Positions 28,465 through 38,253 of a stretch of DNA of 64,000 bases are shown here, in pieces. The notes beneath the pieces were generated by a model. It searched no databases and was not told the origin of the DNA. It worked only from the letters and a program-made list of their open reading frames with translations. Within the stretch, counting starts at the first letter, position 1. Each line of letters opens with the position of its first letter. Made by a program: the position numbers and the translations under genes. Source of the stretch: Candidatus Woesearchaeota archaeon (GTDB lineage Archaea > Nanobdellota > Nanobdellia > Pacearchaeales > GW2011-AR1); assembly GCA_964498295.1 (NCBI GenBank), contig CAZCGJ010000001.1:1669-65668 (forward strand), in the 5' to 3' direction.

Positions 28465-28602
28465 TTACTCAAACTTAGTAGAGTGAATCATCTTCAAAAC
28501 CGCTACTTCTTCAGGCATTAGCTCATCGTCATCGAGAGCTACGGAGGCATCTATATATGCTCTTCCTCTACCCGAAGAGTACACCTTTCTCATTTGTACC
28601 AT
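28465..28602 (-). CDS. 45-aa small protein (not in ORF track)
   Basis: Hand translation MVQMRKVYSSGRGRAYIDASVALDDDELMPEEVAVLKMIHSTKFE; GGAGGGG RBS; hairpin and T-tract after the stop. Confidence 0.6.
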   Translation of the reverse strand: MVQMRKVYSSGRGRAYIDASVALDDDELMPEEVAVLKMIHSTKFE

Positions 28603-28902
28603 TCTTGCCCCTCCATCATTGTATTTAGTTATTCTAGAAAATTAAAACTGCTTCAAGCAAGACCTTCAGATATTCTTAGATTGTAGTGTTATAGAAAGAT
28701 AATCCGAAGGTCTTGTCAAGAAATCAATAAAAAAACCCTAGAATTGAAACAGGTGTGACTGAGGTATTCTTCAAACATCTAATACTCCAGTGCATCTGCA
28801 TACAAAAAACAAGTATAACTAGTATATAAATATAGTGATGTTACTCGAGAAAAACAAAAAGACAAGCTTTTTATAGGATTAAAATACCATAATAAAATAC
28901 GA

Positions 28903-28974
28903 GGCTCGGTAGCTCAGTGGTAGAGCATTGCTCTCATAAGGCAGGGGTCGGGAGTTCAATTCTCCCTCGAGCCA
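28903..28974 (+). tRNA. tRNA with CAT anticodon (elongator Met or Ile2; not initiator)
   Basis: Acceptor GGCTCGG/TCGAGCC-A, anticodon loop CT-CAT-AA, TTCAATT T-loop; lacks the 3 G-C pairs of initiator tRNA. Confidence 0.9.
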
Positions 28975-29029
28975 TGAATCTAAAAATTCTAATTGAAACA
29001 TTTATATATTCAAAGATATTCCTTAAAGT

Positions 29030-29272
29030 ATGGTTTTAAATGAAACAGCAAATCTAACAGCAATAGAGATTGTGAAAACAATTTCACCATTAGTTAGCGG
29101 AAACCTATTGCCTTTAATGAATATTCTTAAAGCAGCAGGAATTATTTTTATTATTTATCTCATTCTCCTAGTAATACAACTTATAACAAGATTTAGAGAC
29201 AGCAGAAGACTAAAAAGAATAGAAAACAAATTAGATATACTTCTTGAAAAAGATACTAAAAAGAAAAAATAA
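29030..29272 (+). CDS. small single-TM protein with C-terminal coiled coil
   Basis: Hydrophobic helix then RLKRIENKLDILL. Confidence 0.7.
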   Translation: MVLNETANLTAIEIVKTISPLVSGNLLPLMNILKAAGIIFIIYLILLVIQLITRFRDSRRLKRIENKLDILLEKDTKKKK

Positions 29273-29278
29273 ATATTA

Positions 29279-30079
29279 TTATATTAATTGAGGTTCATAA
29301 AATTTCTGTCGATACATTTCCCTATTAACTTTCTCTGGTTTAAAATGCCTCTTGAAAATTTTAGAAAATAAGGTCTCTTTTTCTTTCTCACCTGCAATTG
29401 CAGAAGCCAATTTTTTAATTTCCCTTGAAACCTCATTCACACCATCATATACCGTTAGAGGAACTCTAAAATGCCCTGCCTCGAGTATTTTCTTGTGATC
29501 TTTAACTCTAGCCAAAACAGGAAGCTCAATTAGCTCTTGTATTTCAGATAAGTCTAGCTCATACTTTGAATCTTTAATTCTATTAATTATAACCCCGACA
29601 ACATTAGTCTTATTGTGTCTAGCCATCTGTGCAGCTTTAATAGAAGTATGTAAAGTAACTCTATCAGGTGTTGTAACAATAAAAATTTTATCAGCAGCAG
29701 CAATAGCGGGCAACATCTCAGAATGGTGAGGGGAAGAATCTATAACAATAAAATCGTATCTGTCCCTATACTTCTCAAGAACTTTTTTTAATTTTAAAGG
29801 ATCTATTTTATCATTAAAATGCATAGAAGCAGGAACAACATCCATACCATAAGATTCGTATATTGCTGCATGTAAACCTTCGTTATCGCTCAAAACGTCA
29901 TGTATTGTTAAATCATCTTTCAAATCAAGATACAGCCCGATATTGGGAGCAGAAAAATTTGCATCAACTAATAAAACTTTTTTTCCAAAATCATTTGCTA
30001 AAGCAGAAGCTGTCTCCATAGCAATAGTTGTTTTACCAACACCTCCTTTTATAGACACAAAACTAATTATTATCCCCAT
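29279..30079 (-). CDS. minD: MinD/ParA-family ATPase
   Basis: KGGVGKTT, VDAN, IDSSP; start 30079 or 30088. Confidence 0.88.
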   Translation of the reverse strand: MGIIISFVSIKGGVGKTTIAMETASALANDFGKKVLLVDANFSAPNIGLYLDLKDDLTIHDVLSDNEGLHAAIYESYGMDVVPASMHFNDKIDPLKLKKVLEKYRDRYDFIVIDSSPHHSEMLPAIAAADKIFIVTTPDRVTLHTSIKAAQMARHNKTNVVGVIINRIKDSKYELDLSEIQELIELPVLARVKDHKKILEAGHFRVPLTVYDGVNEVSREIKKLASAIAGEKEKETLFSKIFKRHFKPEKVNREMYRQKFYEPQLI

Positions 30080-30170
30080 ATTCACCACTTTTTACGAATA
30101 AATAAAGAACAAGATCTTTTTAAGATTTGTGTTTACTCAAGTAGCAACAAACTAGCCATAACAAGAATAC

Positions 30171-30998
30171 CTAAAATGATTGAGCAACAGATAAATGAGA
30201 TCTTATCTTTGCATAAATTAGAAGAACTAAAAAGATAAAGGCATTAATTAACACAATAGTACCAGAAACTGCAAAATCAAAATAATATGCAATTACAATC
30301 CCAAAAATTACTGAAGAAACAGAAATTAGCAAGGAACAGCCAAGTGTTTTCTTAAAGCTAGTTTTAATTTGTAAAGCAGATGCAGACGGTAAAATAATTA
30401 AAGCAGATGCTAGCATTAAACCAACTATATTCATTGAACAAACAATTGTAATTGAAGTTAGAACAATAAGCATAGAATTCAAGAACTCTACTTTTATTCC
30501 AGAAACTCTTGCAGATTCTTCATCAAAAGATATGTAAAATAAATCTTTATAATAAACAAGTATAAAAATAATGACAATTAAAGCCAAAAAAATAGACAAA
30601 TATAGTTCTGTATTTTTTATTGCGAGAATACTCCCAAATAAATAGCTCAAAATATCAACATTGAATCCTCTTGCAATACTAGCAATAAAAATGCCCAAAC
30701 CCAAACTAGCATGGCTTATTACACCTATAGCGGTATCTCCGTGGATATCTGCCTTTTCCTTAAGTTTAAGTATCCCAAAAGAACCTATCAGTCCAAATAG
30801 AAGAGCACCGAAAAAAGGAGTAACATTAAACAATAAGCCGGTAGCGACACCTCCAAAAGAAATGTGCGCAATCCCGTCCCCAATTAATGAAAATTTTCTT
30901 AAAACCAAAAATAACCCCAAAAGAGAGCAAGCAATAGCAATTACGATTCCAGAAATAAAAGCTTTTTGCATAAAGGTATATGTCAATATCTCAATCAT
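30171..30998 (-). CDS. znuB: Zn/Mn ABC transporter permease
   Basis: SLIGDGIAHISFGG, SYLFGSIL, SFDEE.A; start reassigned to 30998. Confidence 0.9.
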   Translation of the reverse strand: MIEILTYTFMQKAFISGIVIAIACSLLGLFLVLRKFSLIGDGIAHISFGGVATGLLFNVTPFFGALLFGLIGSFGILKLKEKADIHGDTAIGVISHASLGLGIFIASIARGFNVDILSYLFGSILAIKNTELYLSIFLALIVIIFILVYYKDLFYISFDEESARVSGIKVEFLNSMLIVLTSITIVCSMNIVGLMLASALIILPSASALQIKTSFKKTLGCSLLISVSSVIFGIVIAYYFDFAVSGTIVLINAFIFLVLLIYAKIRSHLSVAQSF

Positions 30999-31734
30999 TA
31001 TTATCCTCATCCAAACACAGTTTATGTTCATGTTTATGTGCTGGATCATTCATACAGAAATCCTTATGACTCCCATAGAAATGAAGTGTTTGATTTATAC
31101 TTGCTATCTTGGTTACATATTTTGTTATCCTACTAATATCATGACTTACTAAAAGAAGGGTTATTCCCTTTTTATTTAACCTACCGAGTAATTCATAAAA
31201 ATATTTTTGATTTTCTTGATCTACTCCTGTAGTAGGTTCATCCAATATCAATATTTCCGGATTAGCAACTAGTGCTTTTGCAATCAAAACTCTTTGCTGT
31301 TGACCCCCAGACAGTTCAGTTATTCTTCTTTGCCCAAAGTCTTGCATTTTTACAGTAGAAAGAGAATTTTTTATCTGAATATTATTTTTTTGTGTTATAA
31401 TCTTTGGGAATTTTTTAATAGAAAGTAGTCCCATTGAAACGACTTCGTTTACAGTTGCTGGAAAGTTTTTTTCGATATTAGTTGCCTTTTGGGGAACATA
31501 CCCTATCTTATGCCATTCTTTAAAGTTTACTAAATTTTTTCCTAAAATACTGACTCTTCCCTTTTGAGGAACAAGTATGCCTAGAATTATTTTAAGAAGC
31601 GTTGTTTTTCCAGACCCATTTGGACCTATCAACCCGACAAAATCACCTTTTTTAACAGTAAAAGAAACATCTCTAACAACAATAGCATTCCCATATGAGA
31701 ATGAAATGTTATCTAATTCAAGTAATTTATCCAT
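30991..31734 (-). CDS. znuC: Zn/Mn ABC transporter ATPase
   Basis: GPNGSGKTT, IGYVPQ, LSGGQQQR, LDEP, His-rich tail. Confidence 0.92.
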   Translation of the reverse strand: MDKLLELDNISFSYGNAIVVRDVSFTVKKGDFVGLIGPNGSGKTTLLKIILGILVPQKGRVSILGKNLVNFKEWHKIGYVPQKATNIEKNFPATVNEVVSMGLLSIKKFPKIITQKNNIQIKNSLSTVKMQDFGQRRITELSGGQQQRVLIAKALVANPEILILDEPTTGVDQENQKYFYELLGRLNKKGITLLLVSHDISRITKYVTKIASINQTLHFYGSHKDFCMNDPAHKHEHKLCLDEDNND

Positions 31735-31738
31735 AAAA

Positions 31739-33112
31739 TTAACTACATTCAAGGCCTATTTTAAGGTTTGCTAAATTCTCTTCCATTAAAGAAACAAAAG
31801 TTACTCCTTCTTCAAATTGTTCTTTAAGAAGATTGTGCGCAGGATTTAAGATGAGTGTTTTTGCTCCTGCTTCTTTTGCAATTGTTTCTGCCATTTTTGG
31901 ATTGACGAGTTTTTCAAAATAGATATATTTTATTCCATGCTCTTTTGTTAAATCAACAATTTCCTTTATTTTCTGAGGAGTTGGCTCCGAATCAGGAGAT
32001 ATCCCAAAGGCCGATATTGTCTCTAAATCATATTTGTTTGCAAGATATGAAAATGCATTATGACCGCCAGAAATAAACTCTTTTTGCTTACAGTTCGAAA
32101 GAGAGCTTGTATAGTCTAAATGTAACTTACTTAACTTTGCATTATATTCTTTTGCATTTAGTAAATAGTACTCCTTATTCTCAGGGTCTTTATTAGAAAG
32201 CAACTCTGCAATCGCATTAACAATTTTTTGATCATTCTCAAAATCAAGCCAGATATGAGGATCGTATTCTCCGTGATTATGATGGGCTTCTCCTTCCGGC
32301 TCTTGAGCAGCTACTTCTATATCTTCTTTATTTGAATCTTTAAAGAAATGCTCTTCTGATTCAAATTCGGTTGGCATATGTTCAGTATAAAATACATACG
32401 AACCAACCTGAGTAATTTCTATCTTGAAAGTTGTTACTTCTTTTGATTCGTCGAAAATTAATTCATAATTAAACTCTCCAGAGGTTAAGGTTTCATTATT
32501 ATTTTTTTTAATTGCATTTTTTAAGAATACTGCTGTTGCAAGTTCTTCTTGTGATTCTATCCCATCGCTATCTAAAGAAGTTGTTTTTAGTAATACCATA
32601 TGCATTGCAGGATCAGCATATTGCCCATCTACTTTAGAAAAACTCCAAGTATAAACCCCTTTTTCAAGTTCAAAAACTCCCGCCCATTCAAATAAATGCT
32701 CGTCCTCTTCATGTTCATCGGAGTGCTCTTCATGATCACTAGTTTTAAGAAGAGTTACCTTTGAACTTGCATCAAGTAAAGTAAGTTCTTTGTTATTTGT
32801 TCCTTCAATAATATCGTGAGCCCAAGGTTCCATACCTGCGCCAATATAAACAAAGACATCTGCATTATTGATTTTTACAATATCGCTTGGCTTAGGTTCA
32901 AATGTATGAGCTTCTGCGCCTGGAGGCAAAAGTAAAGACACTTCTATTTTTTCCCCACCAACTTCTTTTGCGAACTCATATAATGGATATAGGGTAGTTA
33001 CTACTTCAATGTTATTATCAACTTCACCAGAAAGATTATCTTTTTGAAAAAATAGAACTCCTATAATAACTAGAATTATAACAAGAGTGGCTAAAATATA
33101 TTTATTTTTCAT
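31739..33112 (-). CDS. znuA: Zn ABC transporter substrate-binding protein with an inserted domain
   Basis: EAHTFEP, His/Glu loop, DPHIWL, HNAFSYL, SEP. Confidence 0.9.
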   Translation of the reverse strand: MKNKYILATLVIILVIIGVLFFQKDNLSGEVDNNIEVVTTLYPLYEFAKEVGGEKIEVSLLLPPGAEAHTFEPKPSDIVKINNADVFVYIGAGMEPWAHDIIEGTNNKELTLLDASSKVTLLKTSDHEEHSDEHEEDEHLFEWAGVFELEKGVYTWSFSKVDGQYADPAMHMVLLKTTSLDSDGIESQEELATAVFLKNAIKKNNNETLTSGEFNYELIFDESKEVTTFKIEITQVGSYVFYTEHMPTEFESEEHFFKDSNKEDIEVAAQEPEGEAHHNHGEYDPHIWLDFENDQKIVNAIAELLSNKDPENKEYYLLNAKEYNAKLSKLHLDYTSSLSNCKQKEFISGGHNAFSYLANKYDLETISAFGISPDSEPTPQKIKEIVDLTKEHGIKYIYFEKLVNPKMAETIAKEAGAKTLILNPAHNLLKEQFEEGVTFVSLMEENLANLKIGLECS

Positions 33113-33147
33113 CTTGTCTAAAAAGAGATAAAATCATTTATAAATAC

Positions 33148-33168
33148 TATTGATTCTAATTATCAATA
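33148..33168. promoter_or_regulatory. putative Zur/Fur box in the divergent znuA-zur promoter
   Basis: TATTGAT-N7-ATCAATA; core reads TGATAATTAGAATCA on the - strand, close to the 7-1-7 TGATAATnATTATCA Fur consensus. Confidence 0.7.
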
Positions 33169-33173
33169 AGAAA

Positions 33174-33560
33174 ATGGAAAGAAAATCTAGAAACACCAAA
33201 CAAAAAGAACTGTTGCAAGAAAAATGCACCGACTTTAAAGAATTTTTTACAGCAGAAGAACTACTTAAAAAAGCAAAAGAAGAAGACGAGTCTATTGGAA
33301 TTGCGACCATATATAGATTTCTAAAAGACAAAAAAAAGCAAAACAAAATTTTCTCATACGTTTGTGATAGAAAAACAATTTATTCAAATCAAGAGAAAAG
33401 CCACTGTCATTACATATGCGAAAAAACAGGAAAAATAATACACTTTAACATAACTAATTTAGACTTCCTAAAAGAAATAAGATCAAAAATTCCTGGTTCA
33501 ATTAATAGTTTTCAAATAGAAATAAAAGGAATATGTAGGGATTGTAAAATCAACAACTAA
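33174..33560 (+). CDS. zur: Fur-family regulator, probably Zur
   Basis: RNTKQK, TAEEL, IGIATIYRFL, HCHYICEKTG, CRDC; divergent from znuA. Confidence 0.85.
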   Translation: MERKSRNTKQKELLQEKCTDFKEFFTAEELLKKAKEEDESIGIATIYRFLKDKKKQNKIFSYVCDRKTIYSNQEKSHCHYICEKTGKIIHFNITNLDFLKEIRSKIPGSINSFQIEIKGICRDCKINN

Positions 33561-34375
33561 TTTAAACCTTCCATAAAACCCTTCATTTGCAAAGCCCCGG
33601 CATCTTGACTATCTCTAGATTCAGAAATTAAAACAGGAAATATATTGAATTCTTTGATTAACTCACCTAAAGGATTAAATTCTGGGAAAACATTTTTCTC
33701 TAAAACAGATCGATGCATCTTCTCCCCCTTATCTGTAAATTCTACAGGGTAAAAGTGGCAATGCAACTCTTTCAATACATGTCTTCCGAGTCTTTTTTCA
33801 ATTTCAATTAACGCCTCTCTAAACTGTTCTTTAGTCTGCATTTTACCTAACGTTCTTGCATGTATATGTGCCCAATCTATACAAGGCAAACTTTCAGTAT
33901 TTTCACATATAGTCAAAACATCATTTAAGCTACCAAGTTGAGAAATTTTTCCCATTGTCTCTGGATGAATAGTTATTCCTTTAGGTTTATTTTCTTCAAC
34001 AATTTTCAAACACCTAATAACAGATTTTACATCTTTACCAAATCCAGGATGAAATACAATTCTCCTTGCACCCATTATAGAACCCAATTCCAGAGTCTTT
34101 TGCATTTCCTTTATAGAATTTTGAACTGTCTTCTCTTTTTCAGAAGTAAACACAATATAATAGGGTGCATGAATACTCAAAAAAATATCTTTTGCTTTTG
34201 CTTTCTCACCCATTAAAAGAGCATCTCCCTTTTTCATTTTCGCACCATAAGTCATCATCCTCTCATAAGCGTTCAAACCAATAGAATGAATCCAATCAGG
34301 AGCATTAACTCTATTTTTCCCATACTCTGATTTAAAAAAATTAGGAGGATTTCCAGAAGTACCGTATCTAATCAT
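33557..34375 (-). CDS. nfo: endonuclease IV-like TIM-barrel protein
   Basis: SIHAPYY, VFHPG, PETMGK, CIDWAHIHAR, HCHF, GEKMH. Confidence 0.88.
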   Translation of the reverse strand: MIRYGTSGNPPNFFKSEYGKNRVNAPDWIHSIGLNAYERMMTYGAKMKKGDALLMGEKAKAKDIFLSIHAPYYIVFTSEKEKTVQNSIKEMQKTLELGSIMGARRIVFHPGFGKDVKSVIRCLKIVEENKPKGITIHPETMGKISQLGSLNDVLTICENTESLPCIDWAHIHARTLGKMQTKEQFREALIEIEKRLGRHVLKELHCHFYPVEFTDKGEKMHRSVLEKNVFPEFNPLGELIKEFNIFPVLISESRDSQDAGALQMKGFMEGLN

Positions 34376-35016
34376 AATATTCCTAGCTCTTTAAGTTTTC
34401 TTAGAGTATCTGCATCTTTAGGCTTAGCAGTTATTATCTGAGCCTCCTCCTTAATTCCTAAAGCAATATAATCTCCTTTTTTATATAACTCTCCAACTAA
34501 AGAAGAAGTTATAGCATCTAATTCATGATCAGTAATTTTATCTTTGGAAACATCTCCTTTGAACCCATAATCAATAAGAGCCTTTCTTAACTCTTCAATC
34601 CCTGCCTTTTTTCTAGGCATTGCAAGTAAATCTTGTGCACTTCCCGGATAAGTTTCAATAACTTCATATCCTTTAGCCTCCAAAATTTTCCTAAACTTCA
34701 TCCCCCTATTTGTAAGTTTTTGCATCCCGCCAAATCCACAAGGAAAAATTCTAACACCAATTTTTACCATTTGTTTTTCACCAACACGCATACAACCGAA
34801 CTTCCTGCATTCACAATTATAATCTAAACAACACCTTCCTTTCGGATAACCTAGCGGAGAATCTATAGTAATTAAATTCGCACCAGATTTTTCTATTGCA
34901 TATAAAATCTCTTCATCAGTATGCAAAACACAAGTTATTGTTTTAAAACCATCAACGATAGCAAATCCTGTTTGTCTTTCTGGAACACCTGCCAAATCAA
35001 CTCCGACTATTTTCAT
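34372..35016 (-). CDS. DUF429 family predicted RNase H-fold nuclease
   Basis: GVDLAG, IDSPL, IETYP, HELDA. Confidence 0.85.
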   Translation of the reverse strand: MKIVGVDLAGVPERQTGFAIVDGFKTITCVLHTDEEILYAIEKSGANLITIDSPLGYPKGRCCLDYNCECRKFGCMRVGEKQMVKIGVRIFPCGFGGMQKLTNRGMKFRKILEAKGYEVIETYPGSAQDLLAMPRKKAGIEELRKALIDYGFKGDVSKDKITDHELDAITSSLVGELYKKGDYIALGIKEEAQIITAKPKDADTLRKLKELGIL

Positions 35017-35070
35017 AAACAAAAAACACTAGTTTTATATATAAAGACTCGCTCAAAAAATTTGACTAAA

Positions 35071-35673
35071 ATGGATATATTAAAACTCTTTCAATACGAA
35101 GAAAAACTCAAATTCTCCGATATAGAGAAAGCTCTAAACGTAAGATCTAACAAACTAACGTATCATATAAAAAAGTTGACTAAAAAAGGCATTTTGAAAA
35201 AAGAAGGTAAATACTATTTACTATCTGAAACATCAGAAAGAATTATTCCATTTTTATCAGAAAAAGACTCTACTCTTCCAGCAGTATTGATTCACATTGG
35301 AGACTCAAAAGAATGTTTTCTGATAACCAGGAAAAAAAGACCATTCAAAAGTCTCCTAAGCATGCCTGGAGGGAAAATACTTGTTGGAGAATCAATAGAA
35401 GATGCAGTTAAAAGAATAATGAAAGAAAAATACAATTTAGATACAAAGCTGGAAAAAATAAATTCAATATCACTAGAACAAGTAATAACCAAACAACAGA
35501 AAATAATCCATTCTTTTCTTTTAATTTATGTAAACGCCGCAACAAAAGACAAAATAAATTTAGTAAACATAGAAAAAAATAAAAAGAAAATAATTACCAG
35601 CGACTATTATTTACTAAAAAATGATTCAAATAAAAAAATAGATATTAAAACGATAAACACAATTGAAAGATAA
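35071..35673 (+). CDS. winged-HTH + NUDIX-domain protein
   Basis: FSDI...SNKLTYHIKKL; degenerate Nudix box PGGKILVGESIEDAVKRIMKE; start reassigned to ATG 35071. Confidence 0.8.
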   Translation: MDILKLFQYEEKLKFSDIEKALNVRSNKLTYHIKKLTKKGILKKEGKYYLLSETSERIIPFLSEKDSTLPAVLIHIGDSKECFLITRKKRPFKSLLSMPGGKILVGESIEDAVKRIMKEKYNLDTKLEKINSISLEQVITKQQKIIHSFLLIYVNAATKDKINLVNIEKNKKKIITSDYYLLKNDSNKKIDIKTINTIER

Positions 35674-35674
35674 C

Positions 35675-37234
35675 TTATTCTTCCTTAACTTTTTTCTCAA
35701 CCAAGTTTCCAAGTTTGAGTAAATCTTCACCTTCAACAAATTTTCTAACAACGTCTCGCAATTCAGAAATTTTAACACTTACTTGTTTTTCACTATCTCG
35801 ATCTCTAAGAGTTACAGGACCGTCTTTTTCAATACTCGAATAGTCAATAGTAATACATAAAGGAGTTCCGATTTCGTCTTGTCTAAGATATCTCTTACCA
35901 ATACTTGCACTTTCATCCAAAACAACTAAATAATCCTGAGATAATGTTTCAAAAACATCTTTTGCAACTTTTTGTAATTCTGGTTTTTTCATTAATGGTA
36001 AAATAGCTGCTTTTACAGGAGCAAGTTTTCTTGGAAGTCGAAGTTTAGTCTTTCCTTCTTGTTCGGCTTTCTTGTCATAAAAATTATCTAAAACACCAAG
36101 CAATAATCTATTTGGACCAATAGCAATTTCTAAAACATGAGGTATTTCTTTTTTATTTGTAGTAGGATTCAAAGCAGATAAATCTTTTCCGCTAAACTTT
36201 CCATGAGTAGTTAAATCATAATCAGTTCTATCGTGACAGCCACAGCACTCAATCCATCCAAAACTATTGAACTTAACTTCTAAATCCCAAGCATCATCAG
36301 CATAAAAAGCCAATTTCTCAGGCATATGTTGTTTAAGTCTAATATTTTCATCAGAAATTCCAAGTTCTCTAAATAATTGATAAGTAATACCTAAAGTCCA
36401 AGCATACGCTTGATTTTTCAAAACTTTATTTTTCATTGCATCACCAAGGGCCATTCTAGTTATTCCTTTCTCGTCCTTCTGATTCTTAGCAGTTAAAAAT
36501 GGAAGAACTAATTTTTCAACCTCTGAAAACCTAGCAAAATTTTCTTTTTGTTCTTTAAACAAAAATACCTGAGCTTCGGCTTGAGTAAATTCTCTTCCTC
36601 GAATTACATGCTGTCTAGGAGAAATCTCATTTCTGTAAGCATTACCAATTTGGAAAATTCCAAAAGGAAGTTTATCTCTAAAAAATCTAACATAATTCAA
36701 GAAAGGCAAATAAGTAGTTGTTGCAGTTTCAGGACGATTGTACATTTCAGTATCAATCCCTACTTGAGTTTTTAACATTAAACTATGCTTCTTTACATCA
36801 TCAGATAATTTTGTTTTGCAACTTGGACAAGAAACAGTATTTTTCTGTAAAAATTCTTTTAACTGCTCAATTGTCAGAGGATCCGTATCAATATCAAACT
36901 GCTCAGAAATTAAATTATCAACTCTCCAAATAGAAGTGCATTTAGTACATCTAACTAAGGGATCAGAAAATCCGCCTAAATGGCCCGAAGCTTCCCATAC
37001 AATTTTAGGAGTTACAATAGGACATTCAACTTCAAAAAACTGAAATCTATTAAATAACTTTCTTATAGAATTTTCAATATTATTTTTTAATGTCTTACCA
37101 GCAGGACCAAAATCGTAAAAACCAGCCATACCTCCGTAAATCTCCGGACTTGGACCGTATACAAAACCCTTATCAGACACAAACGCCATTAAAGACTTCT
37201 TAAACTCTTCCGCACTTTTGTTTTCTTTTGCCAT
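35675..37234 (-). CDS. glyS: glycyl-tRNA synthetase (archaeal/eukaryal alpha2 type)
   Basis: EIYGG, WEASGH, RPETA, RNEISPRQ..R.REF.QAE, SIGKRY.RQDEIGTP. Confidence 0.96.
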   Translation of the reverse strand: MAKENKSAEEFKKSLMAFVSDKGFVYGPSPEIYGGMAGFYDFGPAGKTLKNNIENSIRKLFNRFQFFEVECPIVTPKIVWEASGHLGGFSDPLVRCTKCTSIWRVDNLISEQFDIDTDPLTIEQLKEFLQKNTVSCPSCKTKLSDDVKKHSLMLKTQVGIDTEMYNRPETATTTYLPFLNYVRFFRDKLPFGIFQIGNAYRNEISPRQHVIRGREFTQAEAQVFLFKEQKENFARFSEVEKLVLPFLTAKNQKDEKGITRMALGDAMKNKVLKNQAYAWTLGITYQLFRELGISDENIRLKQHMPEKLAFYADDAWDLEVKFNSFGWIECCGCHDRTDYDLTTHGKFSGKDLSALNPTTNKKEIPHVLEIAIGPNRLLLGVLDNFYDKKAEQEGKTKLRLPRKLAPVKAAILPLMKKPELQKVAKDVFETLSQDYLVVLDESASIGKRYLRQDEIGTPLCITIDYSSIEKDGPVTLRDRDSEKQVSVKISELRDVVRKFVEGEDLLKLGNLVEKKVKEE

Positions 37235-37265
37235 AAAATTACATAAATAGGCAATTTATAAAGTT

Positions 37266-38246
37266 TTATACAGTACCTGCAGCCTTCCTTAAACGATTCA
37301 TAATTGCCCTACCGAGTCCCTTTTCCTCGACTTCTTCAACAATAATTGCATCAAAATTTTTATTGTCTGCCATTCTAAAAAGATTAAACAACTCTCTAGC
37401 CATCAAAACAAAATCTTTATTAAAACAGTAATAAAAATCAGAGTCTAATTTTAAATCATCAAACACAAAAACCGCGGTTTTCTTATCTTTCAAACCTTTC
37501 AATTTTTTAATAATCTCATTTCTTTTTACAACAAGAACTTCTGCCTTAGGAGAATAATGTTTATATTTCATTCCAGGAGAGGCAGGCTTATCTGCAGAAA
37601 AAGAGGTTTCAACTTTTCCAATAAAGTTCTCTAACTCTTCTAAACTAACTTTTCCAGGTCTAAGCAATCTAGGTACTTTTCCAGAAACATCCAAAACAGT
37701 AGACTCTAAACCAATATTACATTCACCACCATCAATTATCATATCAATTCTCCCACTCAAATCATCAAAGACGTGTTTAGCTCTAGTAGGGCTTGGACTT
37801 TTAGATAAATTGGCACTCGGAGCAGCAATTGGAACTCCAGAATTTTTTATTAATTCGAAAGCGATTTTATTAGAAGGCAGCCTAACAGCAACACTATCCA
37901 AACCGCAAGTTACTCCATTTGGGATTTTATTAGATTTTTTTAAAACTAAAGTCAACGGGCCGGGCCAATATTTCTTTATTAGTTTTTTTGCGATTTCAGG
38001 AACATCTGCAGCTACTTCATCTAACATTTCCAAACTAGAAACATGAACGATTAGAGGATTATCTGCCGGTCTATTTTTAGCCTTAAAAATTTTTAAAACG
38101 GCTTTATTATCCAACGCATTTGCACCTAAGCCATAAACAGTTTCAGTAGGAAAAGCTACAAGACCCCCAGATTTAATAATTTCTGAAGCTTCATCTATCA
38201 ATTTATTATCAATTTTTTCAGGATTTATTTCAATAAACTTTGTCAT
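37266..38246 (-). CDS. sua5: threonylcarbamoyl-AMP synthase Sua5
   Basis: PTETVYGL, KNRPADNPLIVH, WPGPLT, APSAN, PGMKYKHYSP; start reassigned to 38246. Confidence 0.95.
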   Translation of the reverse strand: MTKFIEINPEKIDNKLIDEASEIIKSGGLVAFPTETVYGLGANALDNKAVLKIFKAKNRPADNPLIVHVSSLEMLDEVAADVPEIAKKLIKKYWPGPLTLVLKKSNKIPNGVTCGLDSVAVRLPSNKIAFELIKNSGVPIAAPSANLSKSPSPTRAKHVFDDLSGRIDMIIDGGECNIGLESTVLDVSGKVPRLLRPGKVSLEELENFIGKVETSFSADKPASPGMKYKHYSPKAEVLVVKRNEIIKKLKGLKDKKTAVFVFDDLKLDSDFYYCFNKDFVLMARELFNLFRMADNKNFDAIIVEEVEEKGLGRAIMNRLRKAAGTV

Positions 38247-38253
38247 AGGAATA

